Below, one piece after another: positions 22,566 to 33,159 of a stretch of 64,000 bases of DNA. Positions within the stretch are counted from its first letter, which is position 1. Every line of letters begins with the position of its first letter. This DNA is from Callorhinchus milii (Eukaryota): NCBI RefSeq assembly GCF_018977255.1, contig NW_024704746.1, positions 21,762,001-21,826,000 on the forward strand. Direction: 5' to 3'. The notes under the pieces are model-generated. The model was not told where the DNA came from and ran no database searches. It worked only from the letters and a program-made list of their open reading frames with translations. Both the position numbers and the translations under genes were made by a program.

Positions 22566-25500
22566 TATATACATGTGGATCATTCAGAATTGGTACAAAG
22601 GTGGAAACAGATGCAAAATCGACCGCACAATACATATCACAATACATATCACACACCGTCTGTGGCGGTGGTGATGAGGACCACTCAGTGTGAGGTTTTA
22701 GTACCTTCTCGTCGAGCTCTTCAATCAGTTCAGGTTCTCTCGGTCTCTGTCCCCGAGTCCCCACTTTTTTCTCTCTCTCTCTCTCTCTCCGCACTTCTGG
22801 TGATTGAATTGCAATGTCCGGGGTGTGGGTGTGGAGTTGTGGGTGTGGGTGGGGGTGTGGGTGGGGATGTGGGTGGGGGTGGAGCTCAGCCCCGGGGTTG
22901 GGAGACTGGAACAAGGAATCCTTCCCTATTCGCCCGAGGAATCGCTCAATATGGCTCCGTGGCGACAGAGGGAGAGAGAGAGAGAGAGAGAGCAGCACTA
23001 TGGGAATGGAGGCCATAAAAGGCTGCATTACATGTCATCACCAGAGTGACTGACAGGGAGTAAGGGATGGGTTACATGTCACAGCCTCTCCCCCCCCCCT
23101 CTCCCCCCTCCTCCTCCTTGGGACCACCTGGATCCGTCTCCTTCACAACAAATCTTATGCATTCTGGCACCTCAGCCTCCGGGTTGGGTCTGGATCTCGG
23201 TCTGAGCCGAGCGGATAAAGGCTTCCTTTGAAGGTTGGGGCTGAGGCGCCGACCGCCACTTCAAAAGGTCTTCCAACGCCTGATTTTTTTCCCCCTCTTT
23301 CCCCCCCCCCACCCGCCCACATTCTCCCCGGTCCGTAACTGGAAGACGGGCGAACGCTACAGAAAATAAATGCCTCTTAGCGTAACTAACGATAGTCCTT
23401 GGATTTGATATCGCGCCTTTTAGCGCCTTCGAGACGTCTCAAAGCGCTTCACGGGATATACTGTAAAGTGTATTGACTGTATATATTGTTGTTGTTGTTG
23501 TTATATATTCTTACGGGGTGTTCTATGGATAATAATCATCCTTATCCTTATAATGATGTGGCGCCTTTCGACCTGGGAGGGTGTCTCAAAGCACGTCACT
23601 GGATTTACTGTCACTTCTGGACACTATCTTGCCGGCGAAATATCATGTATCATATGTATACCGCTTGGATTTTAACAGAATCACCCCCCCCCACCCCACC
23701 CAAAAGAAAAAGTTACACAAATTTCCAGTATATCTTGTAGCTCTTTGACTCGCTCAGCGATGTGATAAGGACTGTATCAAACGCAAGGATTATTATATTC
23801 TAATCGTTCAGCGTTCAACTCCGCAGCCTCCGTCGGTCGAGGCAATCCACACCAGGCAGTTTGCTGGAGCAAAGATAAAGTCAGTTCACTTTACAGTGTA
23901 TTGCGTGAAGCGCTTTGAGAGACGTCTTGATGACATGATATGGCCCTAACATTAAATGCGAGGATTATCATCATGATATTGGAAAATAAACTGTTCTTTC
24001 TATAAGCTTTTAATTCCTCACATTTATGAACTACTTAAAAATGCCTTCAATTCCTGCTTTACCTCGCTTTCACTGGCGCAAAAAATGTATGGGGGGGGGG
24101 GGGGGAGATCTACTGACTTTAACAAGCATCAACATTCAAATCCTTTTAAACTCTCGTCTGGAAATGTTCCTTCAAGTAACAAATGAAGCCATTGACCTTT
24201 CTCGCCATTGGTGGTTCTCAGAAGGTACAATCATGAGAAGTGAAATTTGCAACAGTCGATGCCTGAGCTTTGAAGTCTAATCTGCAACCGAAGAGGGAGC
24301 TGAAGGGAGGGGAGAAGAGGATAGATTGGCTGTTGCTAACATAGACTTTTGCCTCATTGTGAAATGCACTAAAACTCAGTCAAGGAATGGGACACAAACA
24401 ATGGAACTCTTGCTGTGGTGCAAATCTTCTAATCAGCGTGAAGCCGACGGATTGTTGGTGTTTGACTCCAGTCACTCACTACACACGACAGTAAATCCTG
24501 CAAAGCGCTTTTGAGACGTCCTCTCACTGCATCAAATGATTCTTTTAAAATTAAATCCACGTGAGGAAGCTGTGCTTCAAAATATGTTATGATTAAAAAC
24601 CCCAAAGAACAGCACACCTCACAGCAGACGGTTACTCCACCTGACGCAGAATGAACCCTACAAAATACAAGGTTGGCTGATTCACTCACTGACAGCTGCA
24701 CAGACAGCTGGAAATGTCAACCCTCTGCTCTTCAGAAGCTGCCATTTGAGGCTTATTGTTGGGATAAAGCAGTGAATTTTATCCTGAATCTAATCGGTTC
24801 TTACATTGGGTCCAAAGTACTCCAAAGGAACTTCAGCACCAAATTCTGGATGCTCAAAAATGCTGGATAAACAGAGTAAACTTTAAACTCAAGAATCACT
24901 CCCCATTGAGTGCTTACTATTTAGAATAATACTTGCATTTGATATAGCGCCTTATTATGTTCTCAAAGTGCTTCACAGAATATACAGTAAAGTGAATTGA
25001 CTGTATATCTTGTAGGTGAAACATGGCAGCCAATTGCGCACGGCAGTGTCCCACAAATAGTTGTGGATTGAGTGACCAAATTATTATAATTTTTTTGAAG
25101 GGATGATGACTCAAATTTAGTCATCTGATTTCCTTCTCTTTTCACATGCAGTTAAGTCACAGCCAGAACTGTTATCAGCCACACGGGAAAAATCAGTTGC
25201 AAATCTAAATTTAACACTAACATAAGCATATTCTGTTTAACTCTAAATAGAAGTTTGAATATCCTAGAACATCTGCCCTTCTCGCAAGATGCAGTTGTAA
25301 TTGATGTTGGATTAAGGCTGGGGTGAAACAGCTTACCAAGCAGTAACAGACTGAAAAATTCATATGATGTTAAAACTGCCAACAAACAAGCTGGAGGGCT
25401 GCTGTCAGCATCATTTGAATACTACACTGCTCGTCATTCAAACACACCCAACCTTGGCTTGCTTAGTTTTTAACAGTGAGGTTTTTTTTTTTAAAGTCAC

Positions 25501-25775
25501 ATCCAACAGCCAGGAATACGAAGTCCTGCAAATTGAAATGAAATGCAGTTTGAGCTCACTCCCTGGTGCGAGTGGGTCTAATTTAATAGAATATATGTTT
25601 ACTGATTCATTTTAATGCCTGAACTTTCTTCAAAACCTTTCTACATAATAATCCTTTGCCATTGAAGATAATGGGCTACCTCCAGCAGTAACGCAGGCCT
25701 GAATACATGGACTAAGCTACTTAAAAAGATGCTCTCAGGCTTTATTTCTACATTGTCTAACTGCAGCACTATTGT

Positions 25776-25950
25776 GAAAACAAAAACAGAAGTTGCTGGG
25801 AACACTCAGCAGGTCAGGCAGCATCTATAGAGAAAGGAAAGTGAGTCAACGTTTGGGTCCATGACCCTTCGTCAGAACTAGGGCACATTGAGAGGAAGCA
25901 AGTTCTGTTTTTGTTTTCAGATTTCCAACATCTGCAGTATTTTGTGTTTT
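25776..25950. mobile_element. Penelope-like retroelement terminal relic with inverted arrangement
   Basis: tgctgggaacactcagcaggtcaggcagcatct motif; inverted repeat gaaaacaaaaacagaa / ttctgtttttgttttc; homologous to 33995-34132. Confidence 0.65.
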
Positions 25951-26274
25951 GCGGCAATATTGTGTATGTTACTGCCAGACAATTAGATGGCAAGTAAGTC
26001 ACAGATCTTCAAACACATTCCAGCAAAGAGGGATTTAAACAAGTCAAGTTCTCTACTTGTTCTCTATTTGCTATTCATTGAAACCATCTAAACAGACAAA
26101 GAATGTCAAAGCTTTATAATTATTAAACAATTCGTGGTTGTTTTCTTCAGGCAATATTCGGCTTGAACCAGATAAAGAGGATGCAATTTTGTTCAGGTAC
26201 AAAATCCAATAGAGGCACCGGCAGGTCCATTAAACCCCACACTGTGGGAAACACAAGATTGCTATCTGTTCTCA

Positions 26275-26328
26275 TCACGATCGGCTTCGGTTTTTCATCT
26301 TCTGCCGATTCCTTTTACCAGGACGCTT
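26275..26328 (-). CDS. EBNA1BP2: EBNA1BP2 exon 9 ([17 protein letters not shown])
   Basis: ttttcag acceptor, TGA stop. Confidence 0.93.
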   Translation of the reverse strand, partial: KRPGKRNRQKMKNRSRS

Positions 26329-29300
26329 CTGAAAATTAAATAAAAGAGGTTACAGCCCAGGTCACACATTTTGACTAGAATGGACGATGATGCTTTAGTC
26401 CGACCACAATGGTATACAGGAGCTGTGGTTTGCACAGCACATCAAAAAAACACCTGCATTTACAGAACTCTGGCCTTCTCAACAATATTGAAGAGCAAAA
26501 CGGATTCAAAGAAACTGCTGTAATTTGAGTCTAGACATAACTTAAGGTTTTAATAATAATAATCCTTGCATTTGATATAGTGCTTTTCACGTCTTCTAGA
26601 CGTCCCAAAGCGTTTCACAGAATATACTGTAAAGTGAATTGACTGTATATTTGTGGGCGAACGCGGAAGCCAATTGCGCACAGCAATGTCCCACAAACAG
26701 TCGTAGATTGAAAATGACCAATTTATTATTGTTTTTGTTTTGGAGGGATTATTATTAGGCTCTGTGTGGAGTAAGGAAACTTGCCCAAGGTTTCGCCCTC
26801 TGCCTGGAATTGAACTCAGGTCTCTCACTTGCAAAGCGAGTGCTCTAACCACTGAGCTACAGGACTCCTGTACTGGTGCAATAAGTGCCTCTCGGCTACT
26901 TATAAACCTTTTAAAAAAGGAGATGGTGGAAAAAGTTTGGAACAGTGACTCAATCAATCCCAAAGAGAACTTTCTCCTGATGTACCTGTTCAAAAACATC
27001 TAACCAGACATCATATAGTACTTGTGAATGTTTTACACAATCTACAGTTGATGAAGCAAAAGAAAGTTAGGCTTTAGAAATCAAACTAAATTACAGAAAT
27101 TAAGGCCAATCAAATAAGAATTCGGTGAGTTTCTGTTATTTGGACAAGAGGGAAATGTTTTATACCATTGAGCTGAATACCATCAGCTGAAGCTATGTCA
27201 GGGGATCCTAAGTGCAACCGGAATCAGACAACATTCATCCCATACCTCAGTAAGATCAATGAATGAGGCAAGTCATTATTATTATTATTATATTATTATT
27301 ATCAAGGATTATTATTATTATTAGAAGTCATCTGACCAGAATTGGGAAGCCCTGATCTGTACCATTATTAACCTTTAACTCTCTTACTCTGAGGGAATTT
27401 TGNTTTTTAATCAATACTCACATTTGCATTAATCTTTCCCTTTCCCCCTTTTCCAAAATTCTTGTTTTTGGAATGAGCAACTTTGGACCTGAAGCTGGAG
27501 ACGTCATCGTAACTGTCTTTGGTGTTCCACTTTAAGCCTCGCTTCTTTCCGCCAAAGCCAAACTTTTCGTTTTTGTGTTTCCTCTTAGCGTTTATTCTGG
27601 AGAGAAAAAGAAAAAAAAGAAAACAAGAGGTTACAATGCGATGAGACCTCACTGTGCCCAGGGAACCACTCACACCTGCTTAACTGCTTATGCCAATCTG
27701 CCCGCTGCAAATACACAACACAAGAAAAAAGGACTTGAAATTGATTGGGAATATATACTTCTCACTGATCAGAATGATTTTCGGATGCCTTCCTACTAAA
27801 CAGTGCGTGAAGTGACTTCAAATGTGTTGCATCGTCTTTTCCAAGTTGCTACACAATACCCTTTTTAAAAAATCTTAAGGGGGTGCAGTTCTAGGTCATA
27901 AAGACCAGAAGTTGTAGGTCTGAATCTCAGTCTACGCGTTGCCAGCTAGTCTCAACCAAAGCAGCAGTTGGGCTGTTACAATTGGCCTCAGGGTCAGAGG
28001 GAGGGATGGAAAAGTATATATAAAAAAAATCGGCAAAGGTTTGCACTCTCAATCTGATCAAATACTTTGCACTCACTGTCAAGGCACAACTTGGGCGAGA
28101 CATTGGAAGACATCACCCCAGGAGAAGAAAAATTTAGAATACATTTCTGTGAAACAAGAACATGCTTTCAAGCACCCGCTCCCTCCCCCCCAGACACACT
28201 CCTCCTCCTTCTCGAGATAACGCTTCATCACTGTGGCCCAATACATCAGTGTTCCTGGTAATAACCCCTGTAGGGGATTATCCAACTGTAACAAGTTCCC
28301 AGCATGGAGTGAGTATAACATTGCTGTAGTAAACCAAATCGCTCACCCTTTCTTCTTGTGTTGCCCACCTCCACCTCCAGATCCTCCACCGCCAGCTTCT
28401 TTCTGCCCTTTGGAGGGAGCCCTGTCACCCTCCAGGAAATCCAATTTGTCAGAAAGCCCTGAAGAGAAGAAAGCAATTAGTCAAAATAAAAACCAGTGTC
28501 AGAGACCTTCTAGTCAGAGAGCAAGTAGCAAGTGAAAGCAATGGGATCAGGATACAATCTCGTCTTTGGAAATGCCAATAAAACATCGCAGACCTTTCTG
28601 GTACTTCTTTACAGCTGTCAGCATTGCTTTCTTTTCTTTCTGTCGCTTCTGAATAACTTCCACTTGCACCTAGAATCAAAAGTACATCGAGATTTCAAAA
28701 AAATACATACATTTGGAGTCAATTTCCCCCTGTGTAGCCAGCGGAGAAAAAAAAGTACACTGTAAACAAGTTGCTACACAAAAAATTATTGGTGTTGGAC
28801 AGAAAAGTCTTACCTTCTTGCCATATTTTCTCAATGCTCGGAGCTGTTTAGCCTTTTCAGATTTTTCCATGGCAATCTGCTTTACCATTAGCTTTTGTCT
28901 AACCTAATAAAAGCATAGACACATTTNAAAAAAAAGCAACACGAAGCAGCACTCTAAAGAATCCTTCCTTAAGAGTCCCCCACGGCCCACTTGAAGCTTT
29001 TACTTCAGACACAGAACAGAGAAATCGATCATGAAATCCTATCACGCAACCCATATTAGACTAGACAGACGAGAGGTTCTCCATTGGAAACCAAGTCACA
29101 AAAGTAATCCAGTCTGTAAGTGCAAATAAACACTTTATCTTTTGGGTCAATTAAATTAAGTAAGGCAACTAACTCTCTTTTGAGAGGAAAAACAAATAAC
29201 CACTTGCCTTGTGCATTTGCTGGTCGGATTTTGCCATCTCTGCAAAGTAGTCTTCTGGTCTTTGTGTTGCAACTTTCAGACTATGTAGTTTAGGCAATGC

Positions 29301-32300
29301 CTTCAACACAGTCGCTTGTGCCTGGCGGTAACTGAAGACGGAAAATAAAAATGCCAAGTTAAAAAAAAAACATTTTTTTGGGGGCAGTGCAGAGATTTCT
29401 TAATCTTCCCAAATAGCTACCCAACTTGAGAGGCTACAGTGCTGAAAGTGGAAGAAGACCACTAAGAAATCCGGGAAGTGGGGAAGAGGAGAACGAGAAA
29501 GGAAGAGAAAATAATATAATTGGAAGTCTTACATATCTAAAATATTAGGATCTCAGGTTTTGGTATTCGATTCTAAAGTGCAATCCAAAACAAGTGGCGC
29601 TAACTAATAACCATAGAAGACAAACAAAAGCCAGAAAAACAATAACTCCATCATGTATATTTAACTTTTTTGCAAAATTTCTTTGTGGAGTGTTTTGGAA
29701 AGGTGGATCAGGTGACTTTTTCTTAAAAGAGTCTCTTTCCATTTAGAATGTTTTATTCTGTGTGCATCTATTTTTTTTGTAATGCCGCAATGCATTTTAA
29801 ACTGTGGTAAAGTTTCATAAATATGATCAGACAGCACTCACTTGGGAAAGCAAATAAATAAACGGTTTCCTACGCAATTTGAAGGGGATACGTACAAATA
29901 CATCTCGCGCTGAAAGTCATCTTCTACGTTGATCTCTGAGTTTTCCGCTTCTGTGGACTTTCCTTCAGCTTTTGCTACAATGTCTGCAGCTGGGCCATTA
30001 GTCATGTCCAGCCTCTCCACCCACGGCAGGTCTTTCTTGAAGTTTGCTAAGCACCTCGCCATTCCCTCCTATAGATATAAAACCTACATTAATGACCCTG
30101 TTCTACGCAGCTCTTATTTTAATGACAGGAAATAAAGATCCTTGTGAGGAAAACATGAGATCCTGATAGTTACTCGACAGCATTCAACTCAGTTCAACCA
30201 CAACAAATTACATTTATATATAACAATCGTTGCATTTGATATGGTTACTTTTCAAGTCTTCGAGACGTCTCAAAGCTCTTCAAAGGATATACTGTAAAGT
30301 GAACTGACTGTATACTTAGTGGGCGAAAAGCACCTTTCACGTCAGAAGGATCTTGAACAATTGTGCTATTATTTGGGAACGAGGGGAACAATATTATTTG
30401 GGAATAATATCTTGTTAAGAAGAGCCTGGGAGAAACGTTTTATTTAACAACCTGGAAACCAAAACGTTTTAGTTTTATTTTTCAAACCAAGAAGAAATAT
30501 TTCCTGTTGATACTTGATCGCTGGCATTCTGTTTAAAAACATTGTGGAGTCCTGTAGCTCAGTGGTTAGAGCACTCGCTTTGCAAGTGAGAGACCTGAGT
30601 TCAATTCCAGGCAGAGGGCGAAACCTTGGGCAAGTTTCCTTACTCCACACAGAGCCTAATAATAATCCCTCCAAAACCACAAACAATAATAAATTGGTCA
30701 TTTTCAATCTACGACTGTTTGTGGGACATTGCTGTGCGCAATTGGCTGCCGCGTTCGCCCACAAATATACAGTCGATTCACTTTACAGTGTGTTCTGTGA
30801 AGCACTTTGGGACGTCCTCCCGACGTGAAAAGCGCTATATCAAATGCAAGGATTATTATTATTATTATTGTGATCGGGGGCAAAATAAACTGATCAGCTT
30901 CAGTAGCATAGGGAGCACATTATCAAGCAGATAATTACAGTGGAGATATGATGGACAGAACAGGGTCTGTACTAATTTGCTCCAAACAACTCCTCAGTTG
31001 AGAAAATCTAACATCATCTTTCCATAAAAGGAGAAGAAACTCACCACATCATTTGGACATTTTTTCTTTGCTTCCAGCACAACATTTAAACCAGGCTTGA
31101 GTAAACCCTTTGCGAATGCCTCTTGAAGCTGAAAATAAAATACAACATTAATATTTGAAAAGTGAAACACAGTCATCTTTGTACCAGAGGCGTGAAAACT
31201 GAAACATCACCAGACCATTTAGTCTTAAACTTCCTTTAGATTTTTAAACAAGGATGAACGACAGTCTTGATTGCCTAAAGAGCTTAACGCTATTAGTGTC
31301 TTATTTTGAATGAATGCTCCATGTTCACAAATGTCTCATTGAACAGTATCACGAGCAGTTTTCTCTCCCTCCGTCCCACCTCAAACTCCAGGGTGTTAAA
31401 TTCCTAATTCCAGCCATCCTGGCCCATCAGAAGCACTTGGAGGGGGCTGAACAGTCACTAGAGGGAAGGGGGTGGGAGGTCAGCGATCCTGTTAACCCTG
31501 TGATCAGGGTAGCAAAGTCCCAATTTTGTTGTAACGCACAGCACGGGGGGGGGGGGGGTCGACAAGCGAGTGGAATACGGTAGTTTTCAAGAGGGAACCA
31601 GACAGATATCTTAAAAAAGGAATACAGTAAAACTCGCATAAGTCTGACCTGCATAAACCGTATAATCGTCCAGTCGTTACATCTACTCAGGTGCCCTGGA
31701 ATTTCCTACTATTTGTACATTTCACATAAGGAATCCGGAATGGGGGCATAATCTTAAAATTATAGCTCAGCCATTCAGGAGTGGAATCACCCAAAAGGGA
31801 GTGGAAATTTGGAACTCTCTCCCCCCAAAAAAGGCTGTGGATTATGGCTGAATCCATTCACATCCTCAAGACTGAGGGGGAGAGGGATTTGTCAGGTCAG
31901 GGTGTCAAGGGACATGGGGCAAAGGCGGGTAATTCCTTGAAAAAAAAAGTAATAATAAATTGGTCGCTCAATCCACGACTGTTTGTGGGACGCTGCCGTG
32001 TGCAATTGGCGGCTGAGTTTTGCCCACAAAATACACAGTCACTACACTTTACAGGACATTCTGTTAAACGCTTTGAGACGTCTCGAAGATGTGATAAGGC
32101 GCGATGTCAAATGGAAGGATTATTAAGCATTATTATAAATTGGACTTGAGGTACAGATCAGACGTGATCTTATAGAATGGCGGAACAGGCTCGAGGGGCT
32201 GAATGGCCTCCTCCTGTTTCTATGTAACTCATACTTTACACATAAGTCAAATTAACGGTGCGGTCCCAACTGATATGACTTGTGTGAGAGGGAACGAGAC

Positions 32301-32896
32301 CGCGGTGAGGGGTGGGGAGAGGAGGTTCCCTGTTTCAGAGCGCTGGGGGAAGGGGGGGGGGGGGGGGGGGAGAGAGGGGGGGGAGTGGCAGAGAGTGGGT
32401 GAGGGGGAGAGAGTGGGGGAGAGAGAGTGGGAGAGAGTGGGGGAGAGAGAGGGGGAGAGAGAGTGGGAGAGAGTGGGGGAGAGAGTGGGGGAGAGAGGGG
32501 GAGGGGGAGAGAGTGGGGGAGGGGGAGAGAGTGGGTGGAGAGAGAGTGGGGGAGAGAGGGAGAGAGGAGGGAGTGGGGGAGAGAGGGGGAGAGAGAGGGG
32601 GGAGGGGGAGAGAGGAGGGAGTGGGAGAGAGTGGGGGGAGAGAGGGGGGGGAGGGGGAGAGAGGGGGGAGAGAGTGGGGAGAGAGGAGGGAGAGAGAGGA
32701 GGGGAGGGAGAGAGTGGGGGGAGAGAGGGGGAGAGAGAGGGGGGAGAGAGTGGGGGAGAGAGGGGGGAGAGAGGAGGGAGGGGGAGAGAGGAGGGAGGGG
32801 GAGAGAGGAGAGAGGGGGAGAGAGAGGGGGGAGAGTGGGGAGACTGACCTCGGTGTCTGACTGGCTGTCGGTGTCTGACATGGAGTCGGTGTCCAT
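26275..32896 (-). CDS. EBNA1BP2: Probable rRNA-processing protein EBP2, complete, 9 exons, 311 aa
   Basis: Exons 32849-32896, 31045-31128, 29896-30068, 29208-29331, 28814-28903, 28594-28669, 28347-28458, 27422-27596, 26275-26328 total 936 nt, open. Motifs [71 protein letters not shown]. Confidence 0.96.
26550..26868 (-). mobile_element. Young full-length tRNA-derived SINE in EBNA1BP2 intron 8
   Basis: Reverse complement of the 17671 and 30544 copies. Confidence 0.9.
27422..27596 (-). CDS. EBNA1BP2: EBNA1BP2 exon 8 ([36 protein letters not shown]...INAN)
   Basis: ctccag acceptor, gtgagt donor, 175 bp. Confidence 0.94.
28347..28458 (-). CDS. EBNA1BP2: EBNA1BP2 exon 7 ([36 protein letters not shown])
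   Basis: cttcag acceptor, gtgagc donor, 112 bp. Confidence 0.92.
28594..28669 (-). CDS. EBNA1BP2: EBNA1BP2 exon 6 ([25 protein letters not shown])
   Basis: ttctag acceptor, gtctgc donor, 76 bp. Confidence 0.92.
28814..28903 (-). CDS. EBNA1BP2: EBNA1BP2 exon 5 ([30 protein letters not shown])
   Basis: tattag acceptor, gtaaga donor, 90 bp. Confidence 0.94.
29208..29331 (-). CDS. EBNA1BP2: EBNA1BP2 exon 4 ([41 protein letters not shown])
   Basis: cttcag acceptor; non-canonical AAG|GCAAGT donor; 124 bp. Confidence 0.92.
29896..30068 (-). CDS. EBNA1BP2: EBNA1BP2 exon 3 ([23 protein letters not shown]...[10 protein letters not shown])
   Basis: ctatag acceptor, gtacgt donor, 173 bp. Confidence 0.92.
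30544..30869 (+). mobile_element. Young full-length tRNA-derived SINE in EBNA1BP2 intron 2
   Basis: Near-identical to the 17671 copy; (ATT)n tail. Confidence 0.9.
31045..31128 (-). CDS. EBNA1BP2: EBNA1BP2 exon 2 ([28 protein letters not shown])
   Basis: ttttcag acceptor, gtgagt donor, 84 bp. Confidence 0.94.
31640..32230 (+). mobile_element. CR1-type LINE 3' end fragment interrupted by a SINE tail
   Basis: Terminal gaatggcggaacaggctcgaggggctgaatggcctcctcctgtttctatgt tail, also at 55250-55380; related tails near 10720, 45640, 47560. Confidence 0.7.
32345..32842. repeat. Polypurine (GA/G-rich) tract in EBNA1BP2 intron 1
   Basis: Almost only G and A on the + strand. Confidence 0.9.
32849..32896 (-). 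CDS. EBNA1BP2: EBNA1BP2 exon 1 coding part ([16 protein letters not shown])
   Basis: AGTATGG start context; acidic Ser-rich N-terminus like other EBP2 proteins; GAG|gtcagt donor. Confidence 0.85.
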
Positions 32897-32989
32897 ACTG
32901 TAGCTGTGGCTATGGCTGTGGCTATGGCTGAGGCTGTAGCTATGGCTGTAGCTGCCGCTGTCGCCGCCGCGCGCTCTCGGCCGAGCGTG

Positions 32990-33150
32990 TGAGTGAGAGA
33001 GAGGCTGAGGGGCGGAAGCGGAAACCAGGCCGGTGGGGGGCGGGGCGGGTCCGCCACCAAATCCCGTCCGGACTCCACACCCCTCCCCCCCTCCCCCCAA
33101 CAGCGGAAAGAGCGTCACAAAGGTTCCGGGCGCAGTGACCCGCAGTCAAA
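32990..33150 (-). promoter_or_regulatory. EBNA1BP2 CpG-island housekeeping promoter
   Basis: Tandem ETS/GABP-type CGGAAGCGGAA (~33013-33023), GC box GGGGCGGGGCGGG (~33037-33049), further CGGAA/TTCCGG sites, CpG-rich. Confidence 0.6.
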
Positions 33151-33159
33151 AGGGAACAA

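Noticed and set aside
21076-23053. Long Pro/His/Gly-rich ORFs (up to 280 aa)
   Set aside because: Artefacts of stop-free low-complexity arrays; open in several frames on both strands.
27205-27265. Possible intronic C/D snoRNA in EBNA1BP2 intron 8 (GGATGA...CTGA...CTGA)
   Set aside because: Degenerate C box, only about 45 nt from C box to D box, poor k-turn geometry and no recognisable rRNA guide.
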